DNA of 64,000 bases, taken from the human T2T-CHM13v2.0 reference genome, Homo sapiens. Shown here piece after piece: positions 1-12,973 of this stretch (its first letter is position 1; every line of letters begins with the position of its first letter). Below the pieces are notes generated by a model that had not been told where the DNA came from, did no database searches, and was given only the letters and a program-made list of their open reading frames with translations. Made by a program: the position numbers and the translations under genes. The stretch is taken from assembly GCF_009914755.1 (NCBI RefSeq), contig NC_060934.1. One strand, 5' to 3'.

Positions 1-699
1 TTCACTCGTATCAAAAGTGGTAGATATCTGAATGCCGGCCTAGTGGTTTTGCATTTCTCTGTGCTTTCTGTTAAACTAAGTTCTAAGAAGGCTTTCAGTC
101 ACAACTTATTGTTTCGTTGGAAATCTTTAGACAACAGAAGAAAAGCAAAGCAATGTATTTAAAGAACAAAAAAGATGAAATTAGGTGGTGAACTTTTGAG
201 GAAATATTAGTAGAGAGGATAAATTTCTTGTTACCTGGGAAGCAATGCTTTCTTCATTAAACTTACACCCATAATAAAAATACAATCTGTTTACTATTAT
301 TATTGTAATATGTATTTCCTAGGCAACATTGAACTAGAGCTACAAATAGGATCACAGCAATAGCCTTAGATAGTGTCACTCTAGTTTTGCTTTTCTTCAC
401 TTTTGTAGGAATTTTACCATCCCTTTAAATGACACCTTCAAAGTTTTCTTTCTACAATTATTGCTCAAAATATGCTATCACATTTTAATTTATTTTATGT
501 TTAAGAAAGAAATTTCTTATTCAGTAGGCAGGAGAGTGCATTTTAAAGACATTGTAGTTAATACAGCATGTGACAGCTTATGTCAATGACCAAAGAAGAT
601 CAATGATGCAATAGAATGGGAAGACTGATTTTGTAGACAAGCCTATCAAAAAAATGGCTGAACAAGAATTCTTGGAGAAAAGATAGACATGAGTGACAA

Positions 700-2100
700 G
701 AAGCAATTATAAATATATTGGTATATATTCTGACTGGTAGATGTGGTCTTAGGTACTAATGGAAATTATCTTCTAATTGTTCAAATTTTCCTTCAGGGAA
801 ACCAAAGCCATGTTCTTTAGAGATGAGAGACTATGTCAAAGGAAGTGATATAAGGTTGAGGAGAAAGGAAAACATGCAAAGTAGTTGAGTGTGGGGATTG
901 AATCAATTGGGGAGCTGAGATCTGATTATCCAGTGCCATGAAAGGTCCACATCATAAATTTAGAGTCCATTCAGCATGGTTAAATGTTTTAGTCTAGAAC
1001 TATTCAGTTGCAAGACAACAGACATAGTGCAGGTGAAATGTGGATATTTGTTACGGGGGTATGACAAAGAGAGTCAGAAGATTTGAGGATGTTTGCATGA
1101 GAGGGAGTCACCAGGCAATAAAAGCTAAAAAAGGAAAGAGAGGATGTAAGAAAAAAGAAGGCAGTGAAAGGGTGGTAAATCAGCAAGAAGAGTTGATTCG
1201 TTTATGAAAGTGTCGCCTTTATTGGTAATGACAAAGTCTAAGAAGATATGACCATGGGAGTGACTCGTGAGGCCAGATGCATAGAGTCATGATTGCAGGA
1301 GAGGCCAGGTTGTAGAAAGGATTGTCTATATCAGGATTTCTCAATGTGAACACTATTCACATTTTGGGCTGGATAATCGTTTGTTGTGGGATTTTGTCCT
1401 GTGCTTTGCAGAATGTTTAGCAGAGTCCCTGACCTCTGTTCACTAGATGTTAATAGCATCACACCCCATGCCCCAGTTGTGACAGCTTAAAATATCTCTA
1501 AACATGGCCAAATGTCTCTGGGGCGGCGGGGGAGGGGGGCAACTCATTCCCAGTAAAGAACACCATTAGATATACATGCATATCACCCCAAAATGAAAAT
1601 TGAAAATCACTAAGAATGAAAATAGGAGTGATGTCAGAGAGTGACAGTAAGTCAGAGTCCAAAATTTAAAATGAAGATGGTACTGTTGGATCACATGAGA
1701 TTTAAATCAGGAATGTTGAGAATGGTGAATAAGAAGGGAGAGAGTGGTCTGGATGTGTGGAAATGAAAACCTCAGTTCCAGGACAAGAGATAAGAGGATA
1801 CTGAAAGAGAAAAGAGCAATTGCTAAAGATACTCTTGAAAGAAAGGGCTGCAAGGGAATCTCTATATACAGACGAGAGTCAGATTTAGTAAGAGAAGAAG
1901 AAAAGAAAATATGCAAAGAGAAGGTGAAGGCTATGGAAGATTTTACTGATGATGAAAATAGAGTATCAGAAATGTGCAGTATTAGGGTTCAGGAATCAGT
2001 TAGGGGTGAGGGACAGAAAATAAAATAGTGTGTATAGGGGTTTATGAGAATTAGGGCTCTAGAAGAGGAGAGAAGTGACCTGGAAGGTTTTGTAGTCAAG
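700..2100 (-). mobile_element. Decayed LINE-2-like sequence, interrupted by MER20
   Basis: Purine-rich (GA-rich) degenerate tract resembling antisense L2; boundaries approximate. Confidence 0.4.
1332..1566 (-). mobile_element. MER20 hAT-Charlie non-autonomous DNA transposon
   Basis: caggatttctcaa...cattttgggctggataat...ccccagttgtgaca...gccaaatgtctctgggg matches the reverse complement of the MER20 consensus along its length. Confidence 0.85.
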
Positions 2101-2359
2101 GTGTGCAAGGATTTCTTTTAGATAAATTAACCACTAGTTTAAAGAAAACGTTTTGTCTTTGTTAATGATTCTTCTCCCTCTCCTTGTAACTAAAGGATCC
2201 CCTGTATCAAGTGCTGCTGATCCCCAGGGGGTGAATGGTCTTGTACCAAAGATATGTTTAACAGGTAACTTTCCATGTGAAACAGAAAGAGGACAGGTCC
2301 TCTATTGACTTGACAGGGCGGGGGAATTCAAATTCTTTTACAGCAGTTACATTGGAAGG

Positions 2360-2361
<2 letters not shown>

Positions 2362-2391
<30 letters not shown>
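2362..2391. repeat. (GT)15 microsatellite
   Basis: Perfect GT run read directly. Confidence 0.97.
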
Positions 2392-2393
<2 letters not shown>

Positions 2394-2739
2394 CTCTAGA
2401 GACCAAATTGAAATTGTGTAAGGATGAAAGACATAAATTAAAGATAGGAAGGGGGACGGAAAAGTATAAAATTCATTATGGGATAAGTAAAACAGGACAG
2501 AAAATTAAATAACTTGTTGGATATTTGCTAATATATAAATAGCAAATCTATGCTAAAGAATTTTAGTGATACATGAACATATTCTCTTTTAAAGAGTGGT
2601 AAATAAATTTGAAGAATAAGCAAAGCAACTTAAGGCAATGCTACAATGAACCTGTGTGCATCATGTGCCCGAATGGCATAATAACTATGAACAATACAGT
2701 TCTTTTCCGATTTATTTATGTGTAGGAATACGTTTCCAG

Positions 2740-4045
2740 AAATCAATGATTGAAAAGTTATAATTTGACAAAATGATTTATAGTTCATATGAAAGAGAAA
2801 CAGGCTAAAATTTTTGAGGAAAAATAAAGGTAGAGATTACTACACTTTCAGATATTAAAATATATATGTAGAACAACTAAACCAGTGTGCTTTAATAGGC
2901 CAGTTGAGTGGGTTTTCTAAAAATAGATCACAGACTATCCCAAAGATATAAAGTAATGGGATGTGGTATAAGGATAGACATAGAGATCAATGAAATATAA
3001 CTGACATAAAATCAATGCAATGGAATGATATTTACCCAGAAATAAACCTGTATATTTGTAGTTAATTGGTCTTTTGGCAAAGGTGCCAAGGTGACTAAAT
3101 GCAGAAAGAAGAGTCTTTTCAGCAAATAACTCTGGGACAAGTGGATAATCACAAGAATGAAAATGTACCCCTTTTTAAATGCCATATCCAAGAATTAACT
3201 CAAAATAAATCAGAGATATAAATGTAAGAGCTAAACCTATAAAGCTCTTAGAATAAAAGATAGGAGTAAATTTTCATGACCAATTTTCAATGGTTCTTTA
3301 GATATTACATCAAAATCATAAGCAACAAAAGAAAAATTAGATAAACTGGATTGCATCAAAATTAAAAACTTTTGTGCTTCAAAGGATACCAGCAAGGGAG
3401 TGAAAAGACAACACACAGAATTGGAGAAAATATTTGCAAATCGTATATCTGATAAAGGACTAGTATTTAGAAAACAAACAACTAGATAATATAAGACAAA
3501 TATCCTATTAAAAATGAGGAAAGGATCTAAATATCCAAAGAAGATAGACAAATGGTCAGTAAATGCATAAAAGGTGCTCAACATTGTTAGTTGTTAGGAA
3601 ATGAAAAATCAAAAACAGGAGCTACCACTTCACATTCATTAGGAAGGCTGCAGTTAAAAAAAAAAAGAGATAATAGCAAATATTGATGAGAATGTGAATA
3701 CGTTGGAACTCTCATTAATTGTTGGTTGAAATACACTGGGGCAGCCACTTTGGAAAATAGCTTGGCAGTCCTTAAAATAATTAAACATAGAGTTACCATA
3801 TGACCCAGCAATTCCACTCCTAAGCATACATGCAAGAGAAATGAAAGTATGTGTACACAAAAACTTGTACCTAATATTCACAGAAGCATTATTCGTAACA
3901 GTTAAAAAGTAGAAACAACCCAAATGTCTATACACTGATGAATGGGTAACATAAGAATGTAATATAGAATTATTTATAATAAAGAAGAATAAAGTAGTGA
4001 TGAATGCTATATGCTAACATGAATAAACTTTGAAAATATTTGTGT
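2740..4045 (+). mobile_element. Old L1M (L1MB-like) ORF2 C-terminus and 3' region
   Basis: aaatgtaagagctaaacctataaa, atttgcaaatcgtatatctgataaagg, ccatatgacccagcaattccactcc, aaacaacccaaatgtc. Confidence 0.85.
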
Positions 4046-4549
4046 AATTATGTAGTGAGCATATTATTTCTCTAATAGTAGCTATGTTTCCTGACTCCAC
4101 CTCACAGATTGAACGGTACTGCCCAAAACACAGGAAATGTTGTTCCCTACTGCATTGTTGAATGGCCACGCTGACTCTGAACTCTTGTTGCCTCACACTT
4201 CAGTGAAAGAAATAATCACTGCTGAAGGTAATCTCCTAACTATAAATCCAGTTTGTTTTCAGTTTTTAAAACTGCTTTATATGTGATTCAAAATAATGGA
4301 TTTTTAAAAGTCAAACTTAAGATTCTATTCATGTTTCTCAGGAAAATCCTATTACTTGTTTTTTAAGTTTTGTTTTATACTTAGAAATGTTAACTTTTGT
4401 CCTTAATTTACAGAAAGGATATTTTAAAATATTATATTGTATATATGGATTGCCAAGTCATCATTGTAATTTTTTCTTTATATGTGTTATATATTCGGAA
4501 TTAAAATTGCTAATCACATAAAAATTTATACATCATTTAAAATAAACAA

Positions 4550-6065
4550 TGGGAGTGGAAGTCCATTAATCCCGTCTTTACAACAAGGAAACACTTGACA
4601 AACTGAAAGTCAGTAACTTTTCTTGGACCCTTCAGAGAACTGATGTCAAAAGGCTAATGGCCGACCTGAAAGATGGAGAGAAACTCACTCAGAGTAACAC
4701 AACTGAGATCTTCTTACCTAGAACAGAAGCCAAGAAGCCAAAAATAAGTAGGGACACATATATGATCACTCTGGCAAGTTACTGGAGGCCAAGTGTGCGG
4801 ACCAGCCTGAGAAAGTCCTGGGAGCTACAGTCCCAGGAGGCTTCTTCTTTTGTGGTCGTTACCTTCAGGAACTCCCCAGGGCTCTCATGGTAAATATTTG
4901 ACAAAGATATTCTGGCAGGTCTGACAGAGAGAGGGAAGCATAATAATTGTGAAGTATATTCTGCCCCTTCTTCATTAAAATGGCTTTATTTCAAAGCCTA
5001 TTCCATCTGGAGGAATTTTACAACTCCTTCTGGGTTTCCTGTCTCATCTAAGGGAGAAATATATCATAGTCCACAGGGGCCAAGGATTCAAGGAAACGTA
5101 TTTGAAATACCAGGGGAGACAGTAGGGGGATGGGAAAGAAAGATATCACTAGAGAAATATGAGTGAATGTCACAGTCCTGAGATATGAGTCAATGCCACA
5201 GTCCTGAGACACACACCCACAGAAGACTGACATTTAGTAGAAATATTGCAGAATATCCCCCACATCCTACACCTTACTACCACACCAAAAGGGCCCCTGT
5301 GTAATAACAATGGATTATATCAGAAAAAGTTGAAAGATAAATGCTTCTTTTTTTGATGGTGTGTACTTATAAAACCCCAAACCACAAGAAGACAAAAAAC
5401 AAAAAAGGGGAAACTAGAAGACTTTGAATCTCTGACACCTGCATCTACAACACACACTAAACACAGCCTAAAATAGCCAGATCAACAAAAATCTTTACAC
5501 TATACAATGTACTTCCATTCCTAATACCCGATATGTTTGAATTTCAGCAACAACAACAAAAAAAAACAAGACGTATGAAGAGGCAAGACAAATCACATTC
5601 TAGAGAGACAAAGCAATCATCAAAACCATATTCAAATATAACACAGATATTGGAATTATCAGAGAGGTAATTTCAAATAACTACAATTAACATGTTAAGA
5701 GTTCTAATGGATAAAGTAGATAGCCTGCAAGAGCACATAAGTAATATAAGCAGAAATGTGGAATTTGAAGAAAGATTTTAAAAGAACTGATAGAAATCAA
5801 AAACAGTGTAACATAAAAAAAAAGCCTTTGATGGGGTTATTAATAGACTTGACATGGCCAAAAAAAATTGGCGAGGTTGACTGACAACAAAACTTCTTAA
5901 AACTGAATTGGAAAAAATATTAGAAAAGCCAAGCATCCAACAACTGTGGAATTTCAAAAGGTGTAAAGTATGCCTAGTTGGCTTATCAGAAGTACAAGAA
6001 AGAGATAACAGAGGAGAAATTTGTAAAATAGTAATGGTGAAAATTTTTTCAGAATTAAGGATGGA
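4550..6065 (+). mobile_element. L1MC-type 5'UTR/ORF1 remnant
   Basis: acacagatattggaattatcagagagg...aacatgttaagagttctaatggataaagtaga...gcctttgatggggttattaatagacttgac, typical of L1M ORF1. Confidence 0.7.
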
Positions 6066-6444
6066 CACTAAACTTAAATGCAAAACATAAAGCTATAAAT
6101 CTATTAGAAATAAACAGAAGAAAATCTTTAGGACCTAGGGCTAGGCAAAAATTTCCTACACATGACACCAAAAACATGACCCATAAAAGAAAAATTGGCA
6201 AATTGGACTATGTAAAATTAATTTTTTTTCTGCGAAGGACCCTGTTATGGGGATGAAAAAAATAGGTGAGAAAAAATATCTGCAAACCATATATCTGATA
6301 AAGGACTAGTTTCTAGAATATATTTTACAAAAGCTCAATAGTAAGGAAATAAGCATTCCATTTAAAAACTGGGCAAAAGACATCAACATTTTACCCAAGA
6401 GGATGTTCAAATGGCATATAAACAAAGGAGACCATGTTAAACAT
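6066..6444 (+). mobile_element. L1MC ORF2 3' fragment, joined directly to ORF1 (large internal deletion)
   Basis: gacctagggctaggcaaa...catgacaccaaaaacatgacccataaaag...tgcaaaccatatatctgataaagg. Confidence 0.75.
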
Positions 6445-6634
6445 TGTCAGAGGACTTTAAGAACAATAATTGAGAGTGCTGTGGAGACAAAGGGTCCTTT
6501 TTTTTGTTTTGTTTTACAAAAATAAACACCTCGCAATAGGAAAGCCATTTATTGGGAACTATGCATACTACCTGTTTTTGGCTTGGGTTAATATTTAAAA
6601 ACCCAAAAGGGTTTGGTTTTTAAAACCCATTAGT

Positions 6635-6870
6635 GTTGGCTGCTAATGGCTCATCAGTAATTATCTCTCCACGAGTTTCCCTAGGCTAAAGAGAGTATCC
6701 TTGCCAAAGGTTGCCCCGCTTAGGATGGGGGAAGGCAGCCTGCAGCCAAAGATGAATAGTTGTGTGGGTAGAAAGGACTGAACTTCTTGACTCAATTGGG
6801 ATGATTCCTGGGTGCCAGAACTCCCCATGGGGTCTGCTGAGGTCTTTGTTGTGACTGCATCCCATCCCAT
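6635..6870. mobile_element. Ancient ERVL LTR-like fragment (LTR33/LTR16-like)
   Basis: Reverse complement reads gatgcagtcacaacaaagacctcagcagaccccatggggagttctgg...gagccattagcagccaacact, resembling the remembered LTR33-type consensus. Confidence 0.45.
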
Positions 6871-6974
6871 CTTACAGACATCTCTAAGGCACACAAAGGC
6901 ACTTTCTATTGAGAAGGGAGGTTTTATCCAATACCCTGATAAATTCATATGTATATATATACACACATACACAC

Positions 6975-7309
6975 ATATGTATATATATGATAAAAAAAGA
7001 TCTTGGGGAGATGTGCTGTGCTACAGGGGTTTGTGATAAAGGATTAATTTTCTTAATTACTATATTTTTCAAGAATCGATATTATGTTTAAAGCAAAATT
7101 AGGAATGCCCTTGTTCTCCAGATATCAGGATATCTGGACACTCCCAAGTCTGCATCTGTTTAGTAAACATTATTAATCTGTTCCCTTAACCATAAACATC
7201 TAGGGGCTAGGAATTCCTCACTTTCTGGGAATGCAACCCAGCAAGTCTCAGCCTCATTTTCCTAGCCTTCACTCAAAATGGAGTCACTCCAGTTTGAACA
7301 CCTCTGACA
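6975..7309 (-). mobile_element. MER41-family ERV1 LTR, 5' half only (MER41C/D-like)
   Basis: Reverse complement starts tgtcagaggtgttcaaactggagtgactccattttgagtgaaggctaggaaaatgaggctg; truncated at a TA/CA low-complexity tract. Confidence 0.8.
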
Positions 7310-7790
7310 CAGGACTTCCTTCCAAAGAGTACAGTAAGAAAAGGAAAAGAAAGAGGGACTTTTCTGTGGAGAAACATGATGGACACTACCTCAGCCAGGT
7401 GATCAAGGTCAGCATCAACAGCAATAAATCTCACCAGTATCATCAAAACGGTCAAGGTCATCAGAAACAAGAAAAGTCTTAGAAACTGTCACAGTCAAGC
7501 GGAGCCTAAGGACACATGACAACTAAGTGTAATGTGGTGTCCTGGATGAGATCCTTGAACAGAAAATAAAATTAGGCAAAAACTAAGGAGATCTGGATAA
7601 AATATTGACATTAGCTAATAGTAACAAATCAATATTAGTTGAGTAATTATTGCAAATATACCATACTCGTGTAAGATGTTGGTTATAGGAGGTATTGAGT
7701 ACAAGGCATATAGGTGCTCTTTGTACTAATTTCTTAATTTTTCTGTAAGTCCAAAACTGTCCAAAAAGTTAAGACTATTTTTTAAAAATA
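7310..7790 (+). mobile_element. L1MC3-like 3'UTR
   Basis: gacttccttccaaagagtacag...cactacctcagccaggtgatcaaggtca...gagcctaaggacacatgacaactaa. Confidence 0.85.
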
Positions 7791-9056
7791 TTCAAGTATC
7801 ACAATATATTAAATTAATAATTTAAACTAGAATAATATGATTAAGTCAATAAATACTAAAAAAATAATAATAAGAAGAAAAAGGGCTTGGCAGGAATAAG
7901 AAGACCTAGTCACTACTACAGGACAACTGATCTCTTCCAACTCTAGCTCATAAATCTACTCACTGTATAGTGGCCAATATCTTTTGCCATTTTTAATATT
8001 TTAGTTTACTTTAAAATTGTTTTTCTAGTAATGTAAATAGCAATAATTTGCAGAATAGCTGACTACATTTGATGAAAAAACTGAACTGCCTGTACTTTTC
8101 CTAATTGTATTACTTGTTCTACCTTACTTTGCTATTTCAAAATAAATTCTTTTTGTCAAATTAGTGAGATAATTTTCCCATCATGTTAGAATAATTTTAT
8201 CTAAACCTAATGGTTTTTAATGCTCATTTTGAAAAATATTCACTTTGCTACATTTTATTAATAGGTACTTTACAAATTCTCCATTACTACCTAATTGTGC
8301 AAAATGCTCTTGCCTACTTCTATTATTAAAGCCAGGTTTCAAAATGAATTCAATACCTTAGCATTTAAAAATAATTATTAATTTCATGCCTACTTGCTTT
8401 CTACGTGTTTTATTCCTGATATATTTATACAGATCCTGCCTATTCTTTTCATCCTTTAAATAGCGTTAACTGCTTTTTCACTGTTCTCATGTTTATTTGC
8501 AGATCTCAAAAATTGGCTTGCATCCTAACTTTTCCTCCTCTAACCACAATAATCCCGATTTTCACCATTAGGTTTTCAAAAGATTATTTTTTGGAAAACT
8601 GAAAAAGATATTTTGTTTTTCTAAATTATACACTTGAGGAATATACATGATATGTTATAATTATGTAAACATGGGTTTTTCTCTGCCTTTATCTACAGAA
8701 ATGTTGGCTAACATCTATATCAAGTCCATAGTCAAAACTTCACTTTCTAATGTCTTTAGATAGTTTTCTAACATCTCAAACCATTTAACATCAGAAAGTG
8801 ATTTAAAAATTATTGATTAACATAAAAATCATTTATTCCATCAATAGGTAGCTATTTCTGATTTATTTTAAAAATTATCCTCTAATTATCCTTATTTTTC
8901 TCCTTAAAATAAGATTATTTAAGAAATATATACATCATGAATGTATTTTCTGGTATTCCTCATGTAATATTGAGTTTCAGGACTAGAAAGGACTTTAAAA
9001 GTCCTCCAATTATATCACGATACAATGTAGATTCCATTCTTAAGAAACCCTTAGCC

Positions 9057-9386
<330 letters not shown>

Positions 9387-9994
9387 TCACACACTCACCT
9401 CTCATATGATATTGTAATTGCCTCTTAAGTTTTCTTCATTTTTCCATAGTGGCATCAGTAAATCTCCCAAATGCAAATGCCATTGTATGGCATTTCTTGA
9501 ACTTTGTTTATTGTCCTATTTCCACATTTTCACTCTGTCTATATCTGCAACTTTAGCTCTACAAATTTACATTTTTCTCTATTGTTCTCTACCCAAAGAT
9601 AGAATATTTTCATGAAATAACTCCATGATCTTATTGTCAGAGACAAACTTTGAGCTGTTAGATCAGCGAAAAAAACTCAGGTGGTCAATTCCAATGGTTG
9701 AATGTAGAATAATTGTCTATATCACTCTATGTCCAAGTCAGGCATTTGAAAGAAAATAACAAAAAAGAAGCTCAGATCTCTAAAACAGATATGCCAAGAT
9801 TGAAAGCATCCCAACCTATGCATGCATGAAAGGGGAGTGACACAGTAGGGTAGGAAGAAATATAGGAAAAAATGTTTGTTTGGATGTCCAATTTTCAAAC
9901 AAGTTCTTCCACTGAACTATTCAGTCTTCTGAATGCTACTTCTTTATTAAATTTTTATGATAAAATACATGTAAAAGTTATCTTTTTAATATTT

Positions 9995-10395
9995 ACATTT
10001 TTTTTCTAATAGCTTTATAGTCATACCCCTCATTTTTAGGTATTTGATCCTTTTTTACATAGTTAATTTTTATGCTGTGATATGGGATCCTACTTATTTC
10101 ACATATGGATGTACAGTTTTCCCAGAATCTTTCTCAAAAAACACTCTTTTCTTCATTGTATGGTCTTGACATCCTTGTTGAAAATCCATTGATCTTAGAT
10201 ATTTGGGATTATTTCTGGAAACATTAATTTGTATGCCAATCCTTATGACAGTACCACATAGATTACTGTAGCTTTGCAGATTTTGAAATTGGGAACTATG
10301 AGTCATCTAACATCGTTCTTTTGCTTCTTTGTTTGTTTTTCCTATTTGGGGTTCCTTGCAAATCCACATGAATTTTAGAAACAGATTTATCATAT
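9995..10395 (-). mobile_element. Old L1M ORF2 fragment (host of the full-length L1; resumes near 17297)
   Basis: gattactgtagctttg...ggttccttgcaaatccacatgaattttag, continuing colinearly as aaaaaagccaattttgatgggg...ccatcttaacaatatt at about 17300. Confidence 0.8.
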
Positions 10396-10937
10396 CAAGG
10401 CTATCTTCTGGGTCAAGATGGCAGCCTAGAAGCTGCTCATGTGCACCACTCCCATGGACAGGAAACAAAAGGGCTAGTGAACGCTGACCCTGCAGGCCAG
10501 TCCCCTGAGAAACCATGTCAGGACCCATCAAGGTAGAAGGAGACTCAAAGAGCAGAAAGGAGCAAAGTTGGACATCAGCCTCTCTGGGCTCAGCATGGAG
10601 CCAGGAGAATCTCTCCAATATTCTCTGAGAAGGGAGGAATGAGTGAGAACCCAGTGGGGGATTCACACTCTCCACAGGGACTTGAGGGAATGTGAGAATC
10701 CCCCTGGCACCCCTGTGCCCCCTCACTATGCTGAGGCAGCATTCTAGACTGAGGCAGAGAACCTCCCAGATGTTTCGTGAAGGAAACTTTTGAGTCCAAG
10801 GGGGCCTCTGCAAGCCTAGGCCCCAGAGAAACTAGTACTGGCACTGTAGTTACAACAGAGGCCACAGTTGCAGTGCAGTGCAGTGCAGTACCTGGGAGGA
10901 GTAAGATTGTTCCATCCCTCTTGCCGGACAAGGCTTA

Positions 10938-11600
10938 GCACTAGCTTTTGGTCCAGTGTTCCCAATTCTGTCTGAACTCAGCTAGTAGCTGCAGCCTCTG
11001 TTTTTTCCTAGAAAGCTCTTGGATGGCAGGGCAGGTGACCCCACTCACCCCTGTCACTGGAACCCAGACGGGCAACACCTGCTGGAGCTTCCAACCCAGT
11101 GGTCCTACTTTTATGTGGATTCACCTGGAGAGGGGCATGCAGGCTCCTGTTGTTCCAGGAAACACATGGATAGCAGGGAAGGTGACCCAATCTACCCTGC
11201 CACTGGTAGCCAGGTGGTTTCACTTGCTAGGGCTTCCAGCCCAGCAATCCCTCTTCTGCATGAACTCAGCTGGAGGGCACAACCTCCTGTTGTCCTGGAA
11301 AATACTCAGACGGGTAACTGCATTCACCCCCGCCACTCATAGCCAGGCGAGACATGTCTGCTAGAGCTTTTAGTCCAATGGTCCTACTTCTGCCTGAATT
11401 TACTGAGGGATGTAGCTTCTTCTTGCTCTGGAAACACGCAAATGGCAGGGTGGGAAACTCAACCCATCTGCACCTCTTGTAGCCAGATAGGCCACATCTG
11501 CTAGAGCTTCCAGCTCAGTGGTCTTGCTTCTGTCAGAACTCTGTTGGCACGCGCAACAGTGTGTTCTCCCAGGAAACACTTGAATAGCAGAATAGGACTG
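10938..11600 (+). repeat. Five diverged ~140-bp tandem monomers in the L1 5'UTR
   Basis: gctagagcttccagcccagtgg-like anchor recurs at 10938, 11081, 11226, 11360 and 11500. Confidence 0.85.
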
Positions 11601-11873
11601 AGCTGGCAAGGATATGCCCTGTCTGTCAACTGTAGCCCCTGCATAAGGAAGACCTGTGGACCAGAACATCCAGCAAAATGAACATAGGCACAGCATCAGT
11701 AATCAGAAGGGCTCCTCCTAGATTCAGGAGTAGATTAGAATCAAAGCCAGTTGACTGAAACCACCTTGTACAACAATCGAACCCCCAAGGGCATCCAACA
11801 GGATAAAAGCATGAAATAAAACCCATCCAAAGAACAGCAACTTCAAAGGCTGAAGGATCATTAGCCCACACAG

Positions 11874-11878
11874 ATGAG

Positions 11879-11915
<37 letters not shown>

Positions 11916-12880
11916 ATGTAAGAATTCTGGCAACTCAAAAAGCTGTGTCTTCTTACCTCCAAATAACCACACTAGTTCCCCAGCAATGGTACTTAACCAG
12001 GCTGAAATGGCTGAAATGTCAATAATAGAATTCAGAATATGGATAGGAATGAAAATCACCAACATTCAGGAGAAAGTTGAAACCCAACCCAAGGAATCTA
12101 AGCAATACAATAAAATATACAGGAGATAGCAAACAAAATGACCATTTTAAGAAAGAACCAAACTCTAAACTGATAAAGCTGAAAAACTCACTTCAAGAAT
12201 TTTACAATACAGTTGCATGTAATAACAGTAGAATCAAACAAGCCGAGGAAAGAATCTGAGAGCTAAAAGGATGGGTTCTCCGAAATAACTCAGTCAGACA
12301 AAAATAAAGAAAAAGAATAAAGAAGAATGAACAAAAACTCTGAGAAATATGAGATTATGTAAAGAGAACAAATCTACAATTCCTTGGCATCCATGAAATA
12401 GAGGGAGAGAAAGCAAGCAACTAGAAAAGCATATTTGAGGATGTTATCCACAAACATTTCTCCAACCGCTGCAGAGGCCAACATTCAAATCCAGAAAATG
12501 CAGAGAAACCCTGAGAGATACTATCCAAGAAGACCATCTTGAAGACACATGGTCATCAGATTCTCTAAGGTCAAAATGAAAGGAAAAAATGTTAAAGGCA
12601 GCTAGAGAGAAGGAGCAAATCATCTACAAAGGGAACCCATTAGGCTAACAGTGGGTCTTTCAGAGAAACTCCACAAACCAGAGAAGATTGAGGGCCTATA
12701 TTCAGCATTTTTAAAGAAAATAATCTACCAATAATTTCATGTCTTCCCAAACTAAGCTTCATAAACAAAGGAAAAATAAGATCCTTTTTAGACAAGCAAA
12801 TGCTAAGGGAATTTAGTACCACCAGACCTGCCTTGCAAGATGTCTTTAAGGGAGTGCTAAATATGGAAAGGAAATACCCT
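11874..12880 (+). pseudogene. L1 ORF1 remnant (stops and frameshifts)
   Basis: ATG at 11874; fragment LKNSLQEFYNTVACNNSRIKQAEERI is ORF1p coiled-coil-like. Confidence 0.8.
11881..11910. repeat. (AC)15 microsatellite just after the L1 ORF1 start codon
   Basis: Perfect AC run read directly. Confidence 0.97.
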
Positions 12881-12973
12881 TACCAGCCACCACAAAAACA
12901 TAGTCAAGTACATAAACCATTGAAACTGTAAAGCAACCACACAATGAAGACTGCATAATAACCAGCTAACAAC

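Noticed and set aside
1744-2028. 94-aa charged ORF
   Set aside because: A by-product of purine-rich L2-like sequence; no family resemblance or splice support
10938-11600. Regularly spaced repeats resembling a CRISPR array
   Set aside because: Whole units are homologous with no unique spacers, the context is a eukaryotic L1, and there are no cas genes
10307-11696. ORFs of 98-168 aa
   Set aside because: They overlap the L1 5'UTR and its tandem monomers; no coding signature
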